64,000 nt of DNA from Tubulanus polymorphus (GCF_964204645.1 NC_134027.1:18376560-18440559), one strand, 5' to 3'. Positions 10,301 through 20,960 are shown, counted from the stretch's first letter. Made by a program: numbers and translations. Notes: generated by a model not told the origin, from the sequence alone.

Positions 10301-11987
10301 TTAAATCGAGGGACGAGAACCAGGTTGCGCCCGATAAAGCCTCTAGGGTACTGTCTATTCGACCTAATGGGTGAGCGTCTTTGACTGTTGCGTCATTGAG
10401 TCGGCGGTAATCGCAGCATAGACGCAGGGAACCGTCGGCCTTTTTCGCTAGAACTATTGGGCTTGACCACGGGCTGGTGGATGGCCGGATCAAGTCGTGT
10501 TCTAAAAGCTCCTTGGTCGTCCCCTCAACAAAAGCTCTCCTACCGGGGGGTAGCCGACGGGGATGTTGTTTTATCGGTGGGTGGTCACCGGTGTCAATCT
10601 CGAATTCAAGCGAATCTGTTCGACCAATGTCAAAGTCTCCCATCGAGAATACTGACTTTAGCTCCCGTATGATGTCAACAAGCTGTGTTTTCATGTCAGT
10701 GGGGATTTCAAGCTGGTCGATTTTCAATTCTCTCAAGAGGTCCTTGAATTCAGTATTGTCATCACCCTGCAGCTGGATTTTTGGAGTTGACGGGTTTTGA
10801 GCATGGTCGTCGACAGTCATGATGTCAACTGACTGTAGGGGGCAGAATAGACCAATAGTCTGGCCCCTGTCGACTCTACAAGCCTCATCCGAGAAGTTAG
10901 CCAGCCGAACCGGTATCTGGTTTGCCTCCGGTACCACCAGTGTTTTCCCAGTGCAAAAATTATTCCGTCCACAGCTGCTGATCATCCCTGAGGTCGAATT
11001 ATTATGAGCATAACTCCGTTTCATGTATCCATTTACCACCACCTCGGATCCAGCTGGAATGATTTGGCTCTTACTGATAAACACCCTGCAAGCGCTCGCG
11101 CGTTTGGGGCTCTGGCGGACAGGCACCTCGCTGAGGCTTCCGAAGCGGAGCACTTTGTTACGGTAATCTATGTTGCAGCCATATTTCTCGAAGAAATCAC
11201 TTCCAAGCAAGCAGTCTTGTGCCAAATCCTCACTGACGATCATGGGGACATGAAATTCTTCAGTTCCAACTTTCAGACATACATCAGCTAATCCACGTAA
11301 CTCCATTGGCTGACCGGTAGCCGTTGTCACGATTCCTTCGATTGGCCTCAGTGCAGCGGCTTCACCAGTCGGGCTGCTAGAGTCCCATACCGAACCTCTA
11401 ATGATTGTGCAGGAGGCACCAGTGTCCAGGAGTACCACCGCTTTCGAATGGTCATTTACTACGGCATCACAGAAAAGGCCCGAGGCGTGGAGCCTCACTG
11501 TTCCGATGTTTGTAACTAAGCTCGTCTGGGCTGGTTCTGTCCCTGTTGTTTGAACCTTGGTGTCGCGCAACTTGTGACAAGTGTTTTCCGTAGCCGGACT
11601 GGGAGCCTCACTGTTCTCCGAAGGGTCACGTCGATTTTCTTCTATACTTTGGGTATGTTGTGGTGGTCTAACAGTGATGGTTCTAGTAGGATGCAGACCA
11701 TCAGTAGGTGTATCTCCACTAGAATCACATGCCGGGCCAGCAACCACATATCCATCTTGAGGTGTCGTTTGAATATGGTTTGATGGTCTCACGGTGGTGG
11801 GGCTAGTATGATGGTAACCATCAATAGGTGCATCTCTACTTGCATCGCACGTTAGACCATTTGCCGTATTCATCCGATTTTTCCTACGTCTTGCGGGGGG
11901 TATATACAGCGGTACAGGGGGGACTATTTCCTGATGGGGTTTCCACTGCCCCCCTGAAAACCCCGCTTCTCGTTTCCCTGGTTTCCC
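7359..11987 (-). CDS. pol: Pol polyprotein (protease, RT, RNase H, integrase); frame opens at 11987, probably expressed as Gag-Pol by -1 frameshift
   Basis: LLDTGAS (PR); MPFGVCNAP and YLDD (RT); LDCDAS...TDHAAL (RH); H..H..CKTC, HIDIVGP, SDKGTNF, GQVENFN and KWKGPY (IN). The frame is uninterrupted. Confidence 0.96.
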   Translation of the reverse strand, partial: GKPGKREAGFSGGQWKPHQEIVPPVPLYIPPARRRKNRMNTANGLTCDASRDAPIDGYHHTSPTTVRPSNHIQTTPQDGYVVAGPACDSSGDTPTDGLHPTRTITVRPPQHTQSIEENRRDPSENSEAPSPATENTCHKLRDTKVQTTGTEPAQTSLVTNIGTVRLHASGLFCDAVVNDHSKAVVLLDTGASCTIIRGSVWDSSSPTGEAAALRPIEGIVTTATGQPMELRGLADVCLKVGTEEFHVPMIVSEDLAQDCLLGSDFFEKYGCNIDYRNKVLRFGSLSEVPVRQSPKRASACRVFISKSQIIPAGSEVVVNGYMKRSYAHNNSTSGMISSCGRNNFCTGKTLVVPEANQIPVRLANFSDEACRVDRGQTIGLFCPLQSVDIMTVDDHAQNPSTPKIQLQGDDNTEFKDLLRELKIDQLEIPTDMKTQLVDIIRELKSVFSMGDFDIGRTDSLEFEIDTGDHPPIKQHPRRLPPGRRAFVEGTTKELLEHDLIRPSTSPWSSPIVLAKKADGSLRLCCDYRRLNDATVKDAHPLGRIDSTLEALSGATWFSSLDLTSGYWQVPIKESDKHKTAFTTENHLFEWNVMPFGVCNAPASFSRLMAMVLDDVAWKTCLIYLDDVVVFSHDLPTHLTRLQEVFRCFQKAGLKLKPRKCSLFQRRLKFLGHVVSEAGVETDGAKCDRVRDWPTPTSVTELRSFLGLVTYYSQFIKDFADLTAPLHRLTRKNEPFVWTFKQQLAFDGLKEKLTSSPILAFPDFSEGAGEFILDCDASNWAIGGVLSQLQHDGSERVIEYSSRTLKGGEENYCATRREMLALVDMIDHFRHHLLGRKFKVRTDHAALKWLQTFKNPEGQVARWLERLSEYDFVIEHRAGSKHLNADALSRIPKRQRKHGDCPTCGDTGPSIYQVTAKHQGDLTAHSTGLSRNKIIEAQVNDPEISEIREFLAGDGVKDKKRLQRCGRTARSLYSLVERLELLDGILALKPLPGATSTRHRVVLPISLTDGTIGVIHQGFAGKHLGTKKTECKIRERFWVLGLSARVRDFVRGCKTCQECKSPSKLPKAPMMSTPVGRRFQRVHIDIVGPLPRTRRGNVYILVAQDAFTKWPEAWPIRTEKASVVARALVNEWVTRYGCPESIHSDKGTNFESKVFMEMCRILAIEKTRTTAYHPMGNGQVENFNKSLKAMLTTAVNECGTNWDEELPACLMAFRSSVQHSTLETPFYLMYAEEMSLPIDISVGLPEDHQPRTKYGMDLSDRLTKSHNIVRDRLVVAQRRQKMDYDRFAKRGGYKVGDRVWLMSHFLKKDEASKFHRKWKGPYVVTERLSEVNYRVVLEPGADPRAVKRKRVVHFNDMKPCFLSSETVTIGHKKPRQEPVKMTDPEEQPTLNDDEGEEDEDCVWTRSHPETTAVIQEPLVTNPTQNHREPPTQNRSKPGPLNITNTEGHRRLRPRVGIRRPSRFVNSCTVNNDDSLANQNRASDPLVDPNTLIGPPVASDKIEQNNIFDIELIQNCQKCREVRSRINMRKGYWLEMGRYLKSKG
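11915..11987 (-). promoter_or_regulatory. Programmed -1 ribosomal frameshift signal (two G_GGA_AAC heptamers + predicted H-type pseudoknot)
   Basis: Heptamers in the gag frame at 11987-11981 and 11978-11972, then a 7-nt spacer. Stem 1 GGGGUUUUCA/UGGAAACCCC; stem 2 (CA)GGGGGG/CCCCCC(UG). The pol (-1) frame opens right after a TAA adjoining the first heptamer. Confidence 0.85.
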
Positions 11988-13042
11988 TTAGGTAGGTGGC
12001 AGTTACTTGAATAGTGACCACTCCCCCCGCAATTATAGCATTTAACTTGTGGGCACAAGTTTTTGGGGTGGTCTGCATCCCTGCAACGCCAACATTTGTC
12101 ATCGGCGGGTGGTCGACGATTGCCATTACCAGAGACAACTGCTTCCAAATGGCCTACTCGAGTCATCAGCGTTCCCATCATCGACTTCAATTCGTCGAGT
12201 TGTTTGGTTATGGCTGAGCTAGTCGAGTCGAGCTGGGTCTGGTTAACGGATACTTTTTGTTTATGAGTCGTGCCCTCAGTCAACCGTCTCGCTGTTTCCA
12301 GAGTCCGTGCTTGAGCGACTGCTGCAGCCAACGAACTTGGCTGGGCCGCATACATTGACTGCTTCGCTGAGACGGGTAGGCTATTACCTTTAAGGAATTG
12401 GTCTTTGGCCAATTCATCCTGCAGCTCGAAGGCAATGCCAGGGTATGCGTTCCTTGCCAGCTCTGCTAACTCGTCGGCATAGCGTTCCACAGATTCAGTT
12501 GTCTTTTGGTCCCTCCCTTTCAACAACATCTTAAAGTCATCCACAGTCTTTGTTTGTTGGAAACGGGATGATAGCCGCCGACAGAAATCATCATACGACA
12601 GGCTCGAGTCGAGACGTAGGTTCGAGACAGCCTGGTATGCCTCATGGTCAAGTCGCATCATCAGGTGTGATTTACGCTGTTCGCCCCCGTTGATGCGGGA
12701 ACTAATCTGGGCCAGGTCAGCGAACGCGTCAAACCTTTCGAGCCAAACGCGGAAATTGTGTCCCATGGTATAGGGCTTGGGTGCCGGAATATTGTGCATT
12801 TTCGGGGTGGGTGCATCTCTCGTCACGACCCTCTCCATCACTTCAGTCAGTCGCTGGAGGATGGAATCCTCAGATGTTTTCAAATTTTCGGCTTTTGTCT
12901 TCGTTGGACGGCCACGTTTTGGTTTTAACGAGAGGTTACCCTCCCCACTAACCAGGAGGTCATGATGTGCAGCTCCGGCCGTTGGTGACATAGGCCTAGA
13001 TAAGGCCAAGGGCTCACACACATCATTCTCAACATCCGACAT
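11924..13042 (-). CDS. gag: Gag (capsid-like region + two CCHC zinc knuckles), 372 aa
   Basis: WLERFD...QKTTESVERYADELAELARNAYP capsid-like motif; knuckles CWRCRDADHPKNLC and CYNCGGSGHYSSNC. Confidence 0.93.
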   Translation of the reverse strand: MSDVENDVCEPLALSRPMSPTAGAAHHDLLVSGEGNLSLKPKRGRPTKTKAENLKTSEDSILQRLTEVMERVVTRDAPTPKMHNIPAPKPYTMGHNFRVWLERFDAFADLAQISSRINGGEQRKSHLMMRLDHEAYQAVSNLRLDSSLSYDDFCRRLSSRFQQTKTVDDFKMLLKGRDQKTTESVERYADELAELARNAYPGIAFELQDELAKDQFLKGNSLPVSAKQSMYAAQPSSLAAAVAQARTLETARRLTEGTTHKQKVSVNQTQLDSTSSAITKQLDELKSMMGTLMTRVGHLEAVVSGNGNRRPPADDKCWRCRDADHPKNLCPQVKCYNCGGSGHYSSNCHLPKGNQGNEKRGFQGGSGNPIRK

Positions 13043-13262
13043 AATTACTATTCTTTTATATAAATGACACAGAAAATACAGGACCGCAAATAAATGTAGG
13101 GGAAACAGGCACTTAAAAATACTAAATATGTACTAGGAATTACGAAGTAGGTAAAAAAATACGTTAAGTACACACAAAAAGTAACAGTAATTTACACAGA
13201 CTAAACGGAGAAAAACGTGTTCACCGCTTCAACTCAATTTCAACTGGTTTTTTCACAATCAA

Positions 13263-13282
13263 ATCCCACTACGCTGCCACCA
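13263..13282 (-). other. Primer-binding site complementary to tRNA-Leu 3' end
   Basis: Minus strand TGGTGGCAGCG-TA-GTGGGAT, 2 nt after the 5' LTR. It matches the tRNA-Leu(AAG/TAG) 3' end (..AUCCCACCGCUGCCACCA) apart from a 2-nt insertion. Confidence 0.75.
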
Positions 13283-13284
13283 GA

Positions 13285-13476
13285 TGTAACGAGGTCCTAT
13301 TCTGCCTGTTCCACAGTAGAAGTTTCCTCCAAATATCGACTCTGAGAGCCCAAAAACCAGTAAAAAGGCGGACAAAAGATATTAACACAATCACCTATTG
13401 TTCTGTATTTTCGAGAGAGAGGGCAGCACCCTCCAGTTACAACATAGAAAACGACTGATGGACATATTCCATCACA
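13285..13476 (-). repeat. 5' LTR (192 bp)
   Basis: Identical by eye to 5571-5762. Confidence 0.95.
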
Positions 13477-16400
13477 TGTATTGTGGAGGAATATGTTTGA
13501 ATAAATATCGTGCTTTCAAATGTTCTTGAAAAATCGTCAGGTGAGGATTTTACCTAGGGGATTTCTACCTACAACCATCTAAAATGCCCCAGGCTCTAAA
13601 TCCAGTAGGTTTATGGCGAAAGGTTAAGATTAGGAATGTATTAGCAATATAATTTTTTGAAACAGTATTTTGTCTCCCGATGATTTGATTTGCAGGTCAG
13701 ACTTATTGTTGACCAAAGTTCTTAAAGTGAATTGCTTTAAAGTAATAAATATCAATGAAACAATATCATAAATTTTGAAGTGAGTTATTTTGTAATAATC
13801 CAATTTAAGTGCACTCCGATGCATGCTAAATTCTTATAAATTCATTTATAAATTTAATTTATACATTTTCCCTCCTCACTTATTCATTCTATATTAGTTT
13901 TACTAATGAACATAACAGTGGCTTGTGCCTAATGTCAATAAGCAGCGATTGGGTGCCGCCTCTCTGTGTTAATCTATCACGAAAGATTTAACTCGATTAG
14001 AGCCGCTGAAAACGTATTTCTTTGCAGCCTAGAGTTTATGCATACATGTTCTAAATCAAGACAATATGCTCTATATCAGAGCCTATACTAAAGCATGCAC
14101 TCATAATTCGTTTAAGAGTCCGAGGCTTAATTGTGAGAGTTGTTATACAATGAGTAATTAAATGGTGGGATTACAATGGGAGAGATCATTTCATCAGCCA
14201 CATCGTTGCCCCAGGGAGTTAGTTATATTCGTTATAGCCAAAATACCTTGACCATGGACTCTAAAACGCTTTAATGTCTAAATCGTTTTAGAGTCCATGA
14301 CTTGACAGAATATAGAAATTTGCCCAGAAAAAGTTATGCATATTCCAACAAAAAAGAATCAATAAAGACTTATATTTTGAATTTAAATGAAGAGACGAGT
14401 AGTAGTTTAAAGGTTAACTATTTATTCCGACGCACGAGCTTTCGCTTTTTATATATAGAAGCTTCAATGAGTGAATTATTAGAATTGGTACATTTAGTAA
14501 ATTTCGGAAACAAAACCTAGTCTTAAGAACTACCAAGTTTCAAAGAATTTTGTTCCCTTATGATATTGAATGGTGTGAAATTGAAGTGTCCCTAATGAAA
14601 TATCTTTATGTAAGTTCAACTAACTTACCCAATTAGTGATGATAGTTGAATAATTAACAAAATAATAGTTGGAATATCGTTTAGGACAAATTAGGATTTT
14701 ACCGGGTAAGTTTTTTCCTAATAGGCTACCTTTTTGAAGAGCATGCATCCTGAGATACGTATACAAAAATTCGTTTGACGCTAAATGCAGAGTTTTCACG
14801 GTAGAAGATATTTGGACATCAATTAATCACGTGCAGGGGATGAAATGACAATTTGTCACTGCTGAGCTTATTTTCCTTCACTGAACTTTTTCTAAGTTTT
14901 TTCAATATTCTCTAATCCGACAGTATATACGCTGCGTACTAACTGTACACAATTTCGGGTTTGGGTTGTTTTTGAAAAAAAAACAGATACCCAGAAAATT
15001 TTTGGGTTCTTGAAAACGGTCAATATGTTATAGCAGGTTAATGTAAAACCGCATAGAATAGCTACAATAAACAACATGTATCCAGGAAAATATATATTTC
15101 AGAACACGATCGATTTCACTGAATTTAGCCTCATCATGTAGGATAAAATGAACTTCTGTTGATATTGCGATTGTGCTGTCGTTAGCTGTCCCATAGCTTA
15201 TTCGACTCGCTATCGAAAGTAACACAACAATGGTCACATGTGTCAATGAACTTATCGCTATTCGAAGTAATGTGCGTATTGAAAAATTTCTCAAGCACTT
15301 CGAATTTCCGATTGCTTAAACGCCAAATTTGCATTCGAAATATTAAGCCGATCTATTCTAATTCATACCTGGTCGTGTTATAAGCAATTCAAGCGTTTAG
15401 TTTGTACTTTAAAATAAAATGAAATAGATTGATTGATGAAATACAAATCAAGTCAAACAAACTCAACTAACTGACTACTGCTGAGTTATTTGTATTTGAT
15501 GAAAGAACATATTCTAGTTACTGACATTGGCTCGAACCTTGATTATTGTCTAAGTTGTACTATAACTAACATGCCAATGGATGTGTACATGCGCCTCTCT
15601 GATTGGCTAGAATCCTTGCATTCGATAGAAACTGACGGCATCAGTGAACTAACGGGGAAATTAGAATTGTATGTTTGACCACGGATCCTTTGTTTTTGAG
15701 TCAATGGTTTTGGATCTGGTTTTATCGTGAGTTTGATTAACGTACATTGTAGAGAACAATGGTGGGGATTCGAATAACGTGCATCCTTTATTCAGAAAGA
15801 GTATCATTACGTATATAAATATAGAAATTATTACAATAACTTTAATCAGAATTATCTCATCACGCAGAACCAGTGAAATAGCCGTTGTAAAGCCGCAAAG
15901 TAAATTGAATGAATGAGTAGGTGCTCACGCATTTGTTTCCATTTCATAAGAATCAATTCCAAACAGATGAATCAGATTCGAATTTTTGCTTCTTCGTTAT
16001 GCGAAGTTTTTTTTATATCAGAGACTCTTATACGATTTAGGTTTTAGAGTCCATGGCTATATGAATATCTTATGATTTCTCAACTTTCATCAAATACTTA
16101 GGAATGCCATTGAACGTTTGGGTAAAAAGTTATGCTAAATTTGATTACCATCGGCTTTTTAGATAATCTCCACGAAGGTCACAATTTTAGTGGTTTGACC
16201 TTGGGAGGTTTAAACCTCCCGAATCCAATTTGCGAAATATCGGTCCTCTTTGTCGGCGGTAATGAAAGAATAAATAGAGCGTTTCTAGCGCAAGTTTCTA
16301 TTGTGCGCCGACCGCATTTTGTTCACGAATAGCTTACGTAATAAATTGAAAGTTGAGATCATAGGCGGATATAGCGCTCTATGGCCCACGTTCAATTCAT

Positions 16401-17358
16401 AAACTGGTTCGCAAATAAAGTGTTTAGAAGTATAATTGACACGTGTGTACGATTTTGCGCTGTAAATTTATCATTTTTCAGGACTCAAGGACCAGAAATT
16501 GGCAATATTTTTGATACAAACTGAGAAAGTATCAAAACATTTGGGAACGTGTTAGAATTGCCAGTAAAAAAGAGTTTGTCGTGATGGATTTTATACTCAA
16601 TTTCTAGCAAAAATCATGTAGGCCTATGGTCCATGAGGAGAGTAAGATATTGCAAATATCCAGTTGATCTGAATTACTGGTCTAGCCCAACTTGCTGTCT
16701 GTATATCATCAGGAATATATGTAGAGATGCTGCGTTGGATCCAACTGATATCAAAAATTGACAAGGAGTTCAATCAACTGTTGTAAACTTTATTCAGACT
16801 TTAGTCATTTTCACATCATCAGAAACACAACAATTGAGTGAATATATTTTCAATATGGTTGACAAAGAAACCATGTCGCCCTTCAGCCAAGTTCCCTCAG
16901 AATGACTATCACAGCTGATCCCTTTTTCTTACCCACAAAATTAATAAGTATCAATTCAGTAGTGGCTTGAATTCCGAGTAATATCAGCGAATTAATTCGA
17001 TACTCACAGCAATTAATACCTTTTCTTCGGTCTTTAAATTACCGTTTGTTTGCTGATTACATTTATGATTCATAGATTATCAGCTGATTTACTGTAATCA
17101 ATCATTCAAGTGCGATTTTGATATTACTCTTAGTTTCGCTTATTCGATGAGACGCCATTTTAACCCGGAAGTAACTCGATACTGACATGTTTGACATGCA
17201 TCGAAAATGTCAAATGGAGGATGGGATCAACCGAGGCGTTTTTATGAACCAGCATTATCGGAATAGATTAGCTATTTGGAGTATGTAGCCGATTAGTGTC
17301 AATTATCATAACCGAGTATGTTGGTTGATAAAAACGCCAGCCATAGAAATTATCCAAT

Positions 17359-18695
17359 ATGGCGCTGGTGCGAAATTCGAACCGAAGAAAAAAGATATTA
17401 ACGATTGCATTAATATTAATGCAAGACAGCCAGTTGGCTTCGCTACCGCAGGTTTATCTGGAGAAGCAAGTGGAGGAACTTTTGAACTATACCGCATCTG
17501 CAAATACCGTTCTTACTAATAGTGAAACGATAAAACATTTGATATTAAAATGCAAGCTGAGAGTTGAAAATTACTGTTGCTACACTGTTGCTAAATATTG
17601 TGATGACGAATTTCGAGCGAGATTTAGGATGTCGAAACAAACTTTTAAAGTGCTTCTTCAGTTCATGATTCCTTATATCGATGCAGAAAATGAGATCCGA
17701 GATTATAAACTTACCATACAGAAGGAAAAGCAGTTATTAATTTACATACATTATGCAGCCACATCAGATCCTTTAATGAGAATTGCTGATCTGTATGGAG
17801 TATGTGAAGCAACAGTGTTCAATATTATTGGTGAGTTGTTTTAATTAATGTGCATTAAATTTATAAAAGAATATTATAACTATGCCAGTCACTAAAATGA
17901 TACAATACTCGGGGTCTCATGACTGTGAATATGTATTGCTTTAATTATGATACTGTTATTTCAGGGTTTATTTCGTCGGTAATCGTGAAGCACATAATGG
18001 ATCGAGTAATCAAGTGGCCACAAGGTGAACGTCTGACTCAGGTGATGGCTGGATTTGAAAAGAAAGCAGGATTTCCAAAAGTAGTGGGTGCAGTAGATGG
18101 AACGCACATACCAATTAAAGCACCTATCAAAAGCCCTGAATCCTATATTAACCGGAAAAAGTTCCATTCATTAAATGCGTGCGCTGTGTGTGATGATGAA
18201 TATCGGTTCACTCATGTAAATGACTCCAGAGTCTTTAAAAATACTGAAATTTGGCTTGCTGCTGAGGACATGGTTAAAAGGAGAATTCTATTCCCTGAGA
18301 GCTCACATCTCCTTGGAGATTCTGCTTATGAACTGAATGACTTTACTATGGTACCATTCAAAGACACTGGACATTTAACTCGGAATCAAAAAGATTACAA
18401 TTACAAACATAGTATTTCACGTGTTGCAATTGAGAATACCTTCGGAATCCTTAAAGGGAGATTTCGAAGATTAAGGTACATCGATATGCATAATGTGGAT
18501 AGACTTATTTACTTTGTAATAAGCTGTTTTGTATTGCACAATGTGTGTCTTGCAACTGAAGATAATATCGATGAACTGTTGAGGGAGGGTCGCGGACTTG
18601 TTGCGGATCACGATATGCTCGATATTAATGAGGCAGTTAGGCCCAGTGCAGATGGCAAAAGGCATGCCATTGCAATTATTTTGTCTACTTTGTGA
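17359..18695 (+). CDS. PIF/Harbinger (HARBI1-like, DDE_Tnp_4) transposase, 2 exons: 17359-17830 and 17965-18695; possibly defective
   Basis: FRARFRMSKQTF and IADLYGVCEATV (HTH); GAVDGTHIPI, NRKKFHS, DSRVF, LLGDSAY, YNYKHSISRVAIENTFGILKGRFR and LHN. A GTGAGT...TTTCAG intron preserves the frame. Confidence 0.88.
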
Positions 18696-19285
18696 GATTG
18701 CTGGGTAACGCACAGCTCACTTACTGTTTAGATAGATTAATTACAATGCAGCACAGTCTGCTCTGGTCAAATCTTAAAAACCCGAAAATACATATGTTAC
18801 TTGCATTACTAAGAATCCTCTAGGTCATTTTTGATTTTCAAGAATAAATTTTTTTTCCATTTTAAGAATCTTTTGTTCACTTTAGTCAACACGTGAGGTA
18901 CCAGTATAGCATCGGTGCAGTGGATAGCAAATGGTTAAAGGTTTTTCGTGCCACATGACAGGATGACCAATGCCGTGTGATATGACATTCTTTCTGCTCG
19001 AAGTTAAGGAAAACAATCAAAGTATGCAAATTTAACAACTGATTTATTAACAAAAAGTAAAATCACTAATGATATAGCTTTATCAAACAGTATATAAACA
19101 AATGAACCAACATGTCCCAACATTTGGATAAGCACATAATGTAATTAAGCTTTACAGCTGTATCAAGAATATGCAATTATAAAAACATACTCCGAGAGCT
19201 TTCTGACAATATTAACGTTTTACACCTTGTCAATTAGACACTTAGGTAATTCAAGTTTTTTCTGCTCTGATGCCTCCAATAATTC

Positions 19286-20592
19286 TCATTTTTCCTGGCT
19301 CTGTTGACGAGATGCTTCCATGTCCTCCAACACCTTCAGGAATTTAGACTGTCGCTCTGACATACGTTGCTTTTGGCGACATCGTTTCGGAAGAATATTT
19401 GGGACGGGGATCTCTTCCTCATCGCTAGAACTTTGCATAAATGAATTGTTAACGATTGGCATGTCACTTTCTGCAGTTGATTCAGTCTGCGAAGTTGATG
19501 ACAAAGGAAGTTAAAATTTTTTCACTAAAGCTGGTCTGCTATTAGGCCTAGTGCCCAAGTAACTATCTAGTTCTTCATAATATAGGCAGGTTTTCGGTTC
19601 TCTACCGGTTTTACAATTGTGATCGCGCGTTTTCCTATATACTTGAAGTATGTTGCCCCATTTGGTCTTCAATTGGAGCCATGTATAATCGAAACCTTGC
19701 GTTTTCATTTTCTTTGCTATGTCCTGCCACAGAGTTTTCTTTTTTGTCTTGCTGTCATTGAATTTGTTTTGGAGTGCTTTGTGGTGATCTATCAGAAGTA
19801 AGACTGCTGCACGGGGTATCTCCTCAGCTAAAACAAAATATAAATTAATGACATATTTTTCAAGGTTTTGTCATCGCTCGAAGCAAATAAAGTGAATCAG
19901 TCTATTTACTTCAAGTGATGACACAGGTCTTCCATAGACACAGGGACTACACGCCTGACAATTGTAAACAATGCGCTAAATGAATAATATATGGTATTAA
20001 CATTAAAATACTGATGAAAACTAAATAAAATCTTACACTTGACACCATTAGTGGCATCATGAAATGTTCTTTAGAATGGATTTCCTGCAATTTTTTATAA
20101 AACTGCATACCCGTTTTTCGAGCAACTGAGTGGCCTGGTGGAACTGATGTGCTAGCCTCTCTTTCTTGGATAGCTGTGTCGCGTTGCTCGCTTTTCGGAT
20201 TGATTTCGATTCCTAAAAAAAATCAATATTTTCACAATTTTTCAAAAATCAGATTGTAAAGTCCATTGATAAGCATGATTCCAACAAGTTCCCTAAACCT
20301 ACCTGCTGAGGGTACTCTAAACGCTTCGCTATAATTTTCAGCTAACTGGTTTATAGTCTCCTGATCTGAAACACAAAATCAAACATGTCGGAATGCATGC
20401 AGTACGGTCCCTAAAAATCGATTCGCCAATTAGGCCTTATCTGAACCGGGTTCCTCGGGTGACGGCATTGATCAATATCATTATTTTTTTCTCTATCCAG
20501 ATGCAGGCCTACACGACTAATAAGCACGTGTTTAATAAATCCTGAAATACTTTTTTACTTACCGCCTTCCATTACTTTCTGATATGTTGCAT
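19286..20592 (-). pseudogene. Harbinger accessory Myb/SANT (trihelix-type) DNA-binding protein gene, convergent with the transposase; in-frame stop at 19511-19513
   Basis: Exon from 19827: AVLLLIDHHKALQNKFNDSKTKKKTLWQDIAKKMKTQGFDYTWLQLKTKWGNILQVYRKTRDHNCKTG...CLYYEELDSYLG. Small upstream GT-AG exons to ~20592 are tentative. Confidence 0.75.
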
Positions 20593-20910
20593 GATCTAAG
20601 GTAAATTTTACCATATTACTATCAATTTCTAATGAAAATTCATAGCATGCCCTGCAAAGAACCAAACACATATGTAAGTATGTAACCCAATGAAATAACT
20701 AATAAGCCAATCTTGATGATATAAGTGTATATCACCAGTGAGTAAACTTACACAGACTACCCAACTAGCCCTGTGTGATGAATCATTGAAATTAATTTGA
20801 ATTTGTGAACCAACAACACAAACCTCCCAAAATCTTTCTTCGGATTGACTAATTCCCCGAAAACATCGATTGAAAATAAAGAAACACTCATATCTCAAGA
20901 CCACGTTATA

Positions 20911-20960
20911 TAAATATATTGAAAGTCACGTCTGATGAGAAAGTTCACGCAATTTACTGT
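20911..20960 (+). repeat. 50-bp exact direct repeat, copy 1
   Basis: TAAATATATTGAAAGTCACGTCTGATGAGAAAGTTCACGCAATTTACTGT, identical to 30552-30601. Confidence 0.9.

Larger units (their letters stand above)
5571..13476 (-). mobile_element. Full-length Ty3/Gypsy LTR retrotransposon with three ORFs (gag, pol, SGNH-type ORF3)
   Basis: Two identical TG...CA LTRs, 4-bp TSD TGTA (5567-5570 and 13477-13480), PBS, PPT, and PR-RT-RH-IN domain order. Confidence 0.97.
2267..16551. mobile_element. Old DNA transposon with ~400-bp imperfect TIRs (piggyBac-like termini); hosts the Gypsy insertion
   Basis: 2267-~2673 is the reverse complement of ~16138-16551 (e.g. CAAATGTTTTGATACTTTCTCAGTTTGTATCAAAAATATTGC). 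Termini are C(G/A)CGTTC with degenerate TTAA-like flanks. No transposase ORF recognised inside. Confidence 0.7.

Noticed and set aside
6589-12965. Many + strand ORFs within the Gypsy element
   Set aside because: Antisense shadows of the gag, pol and ORF3 reading frames.
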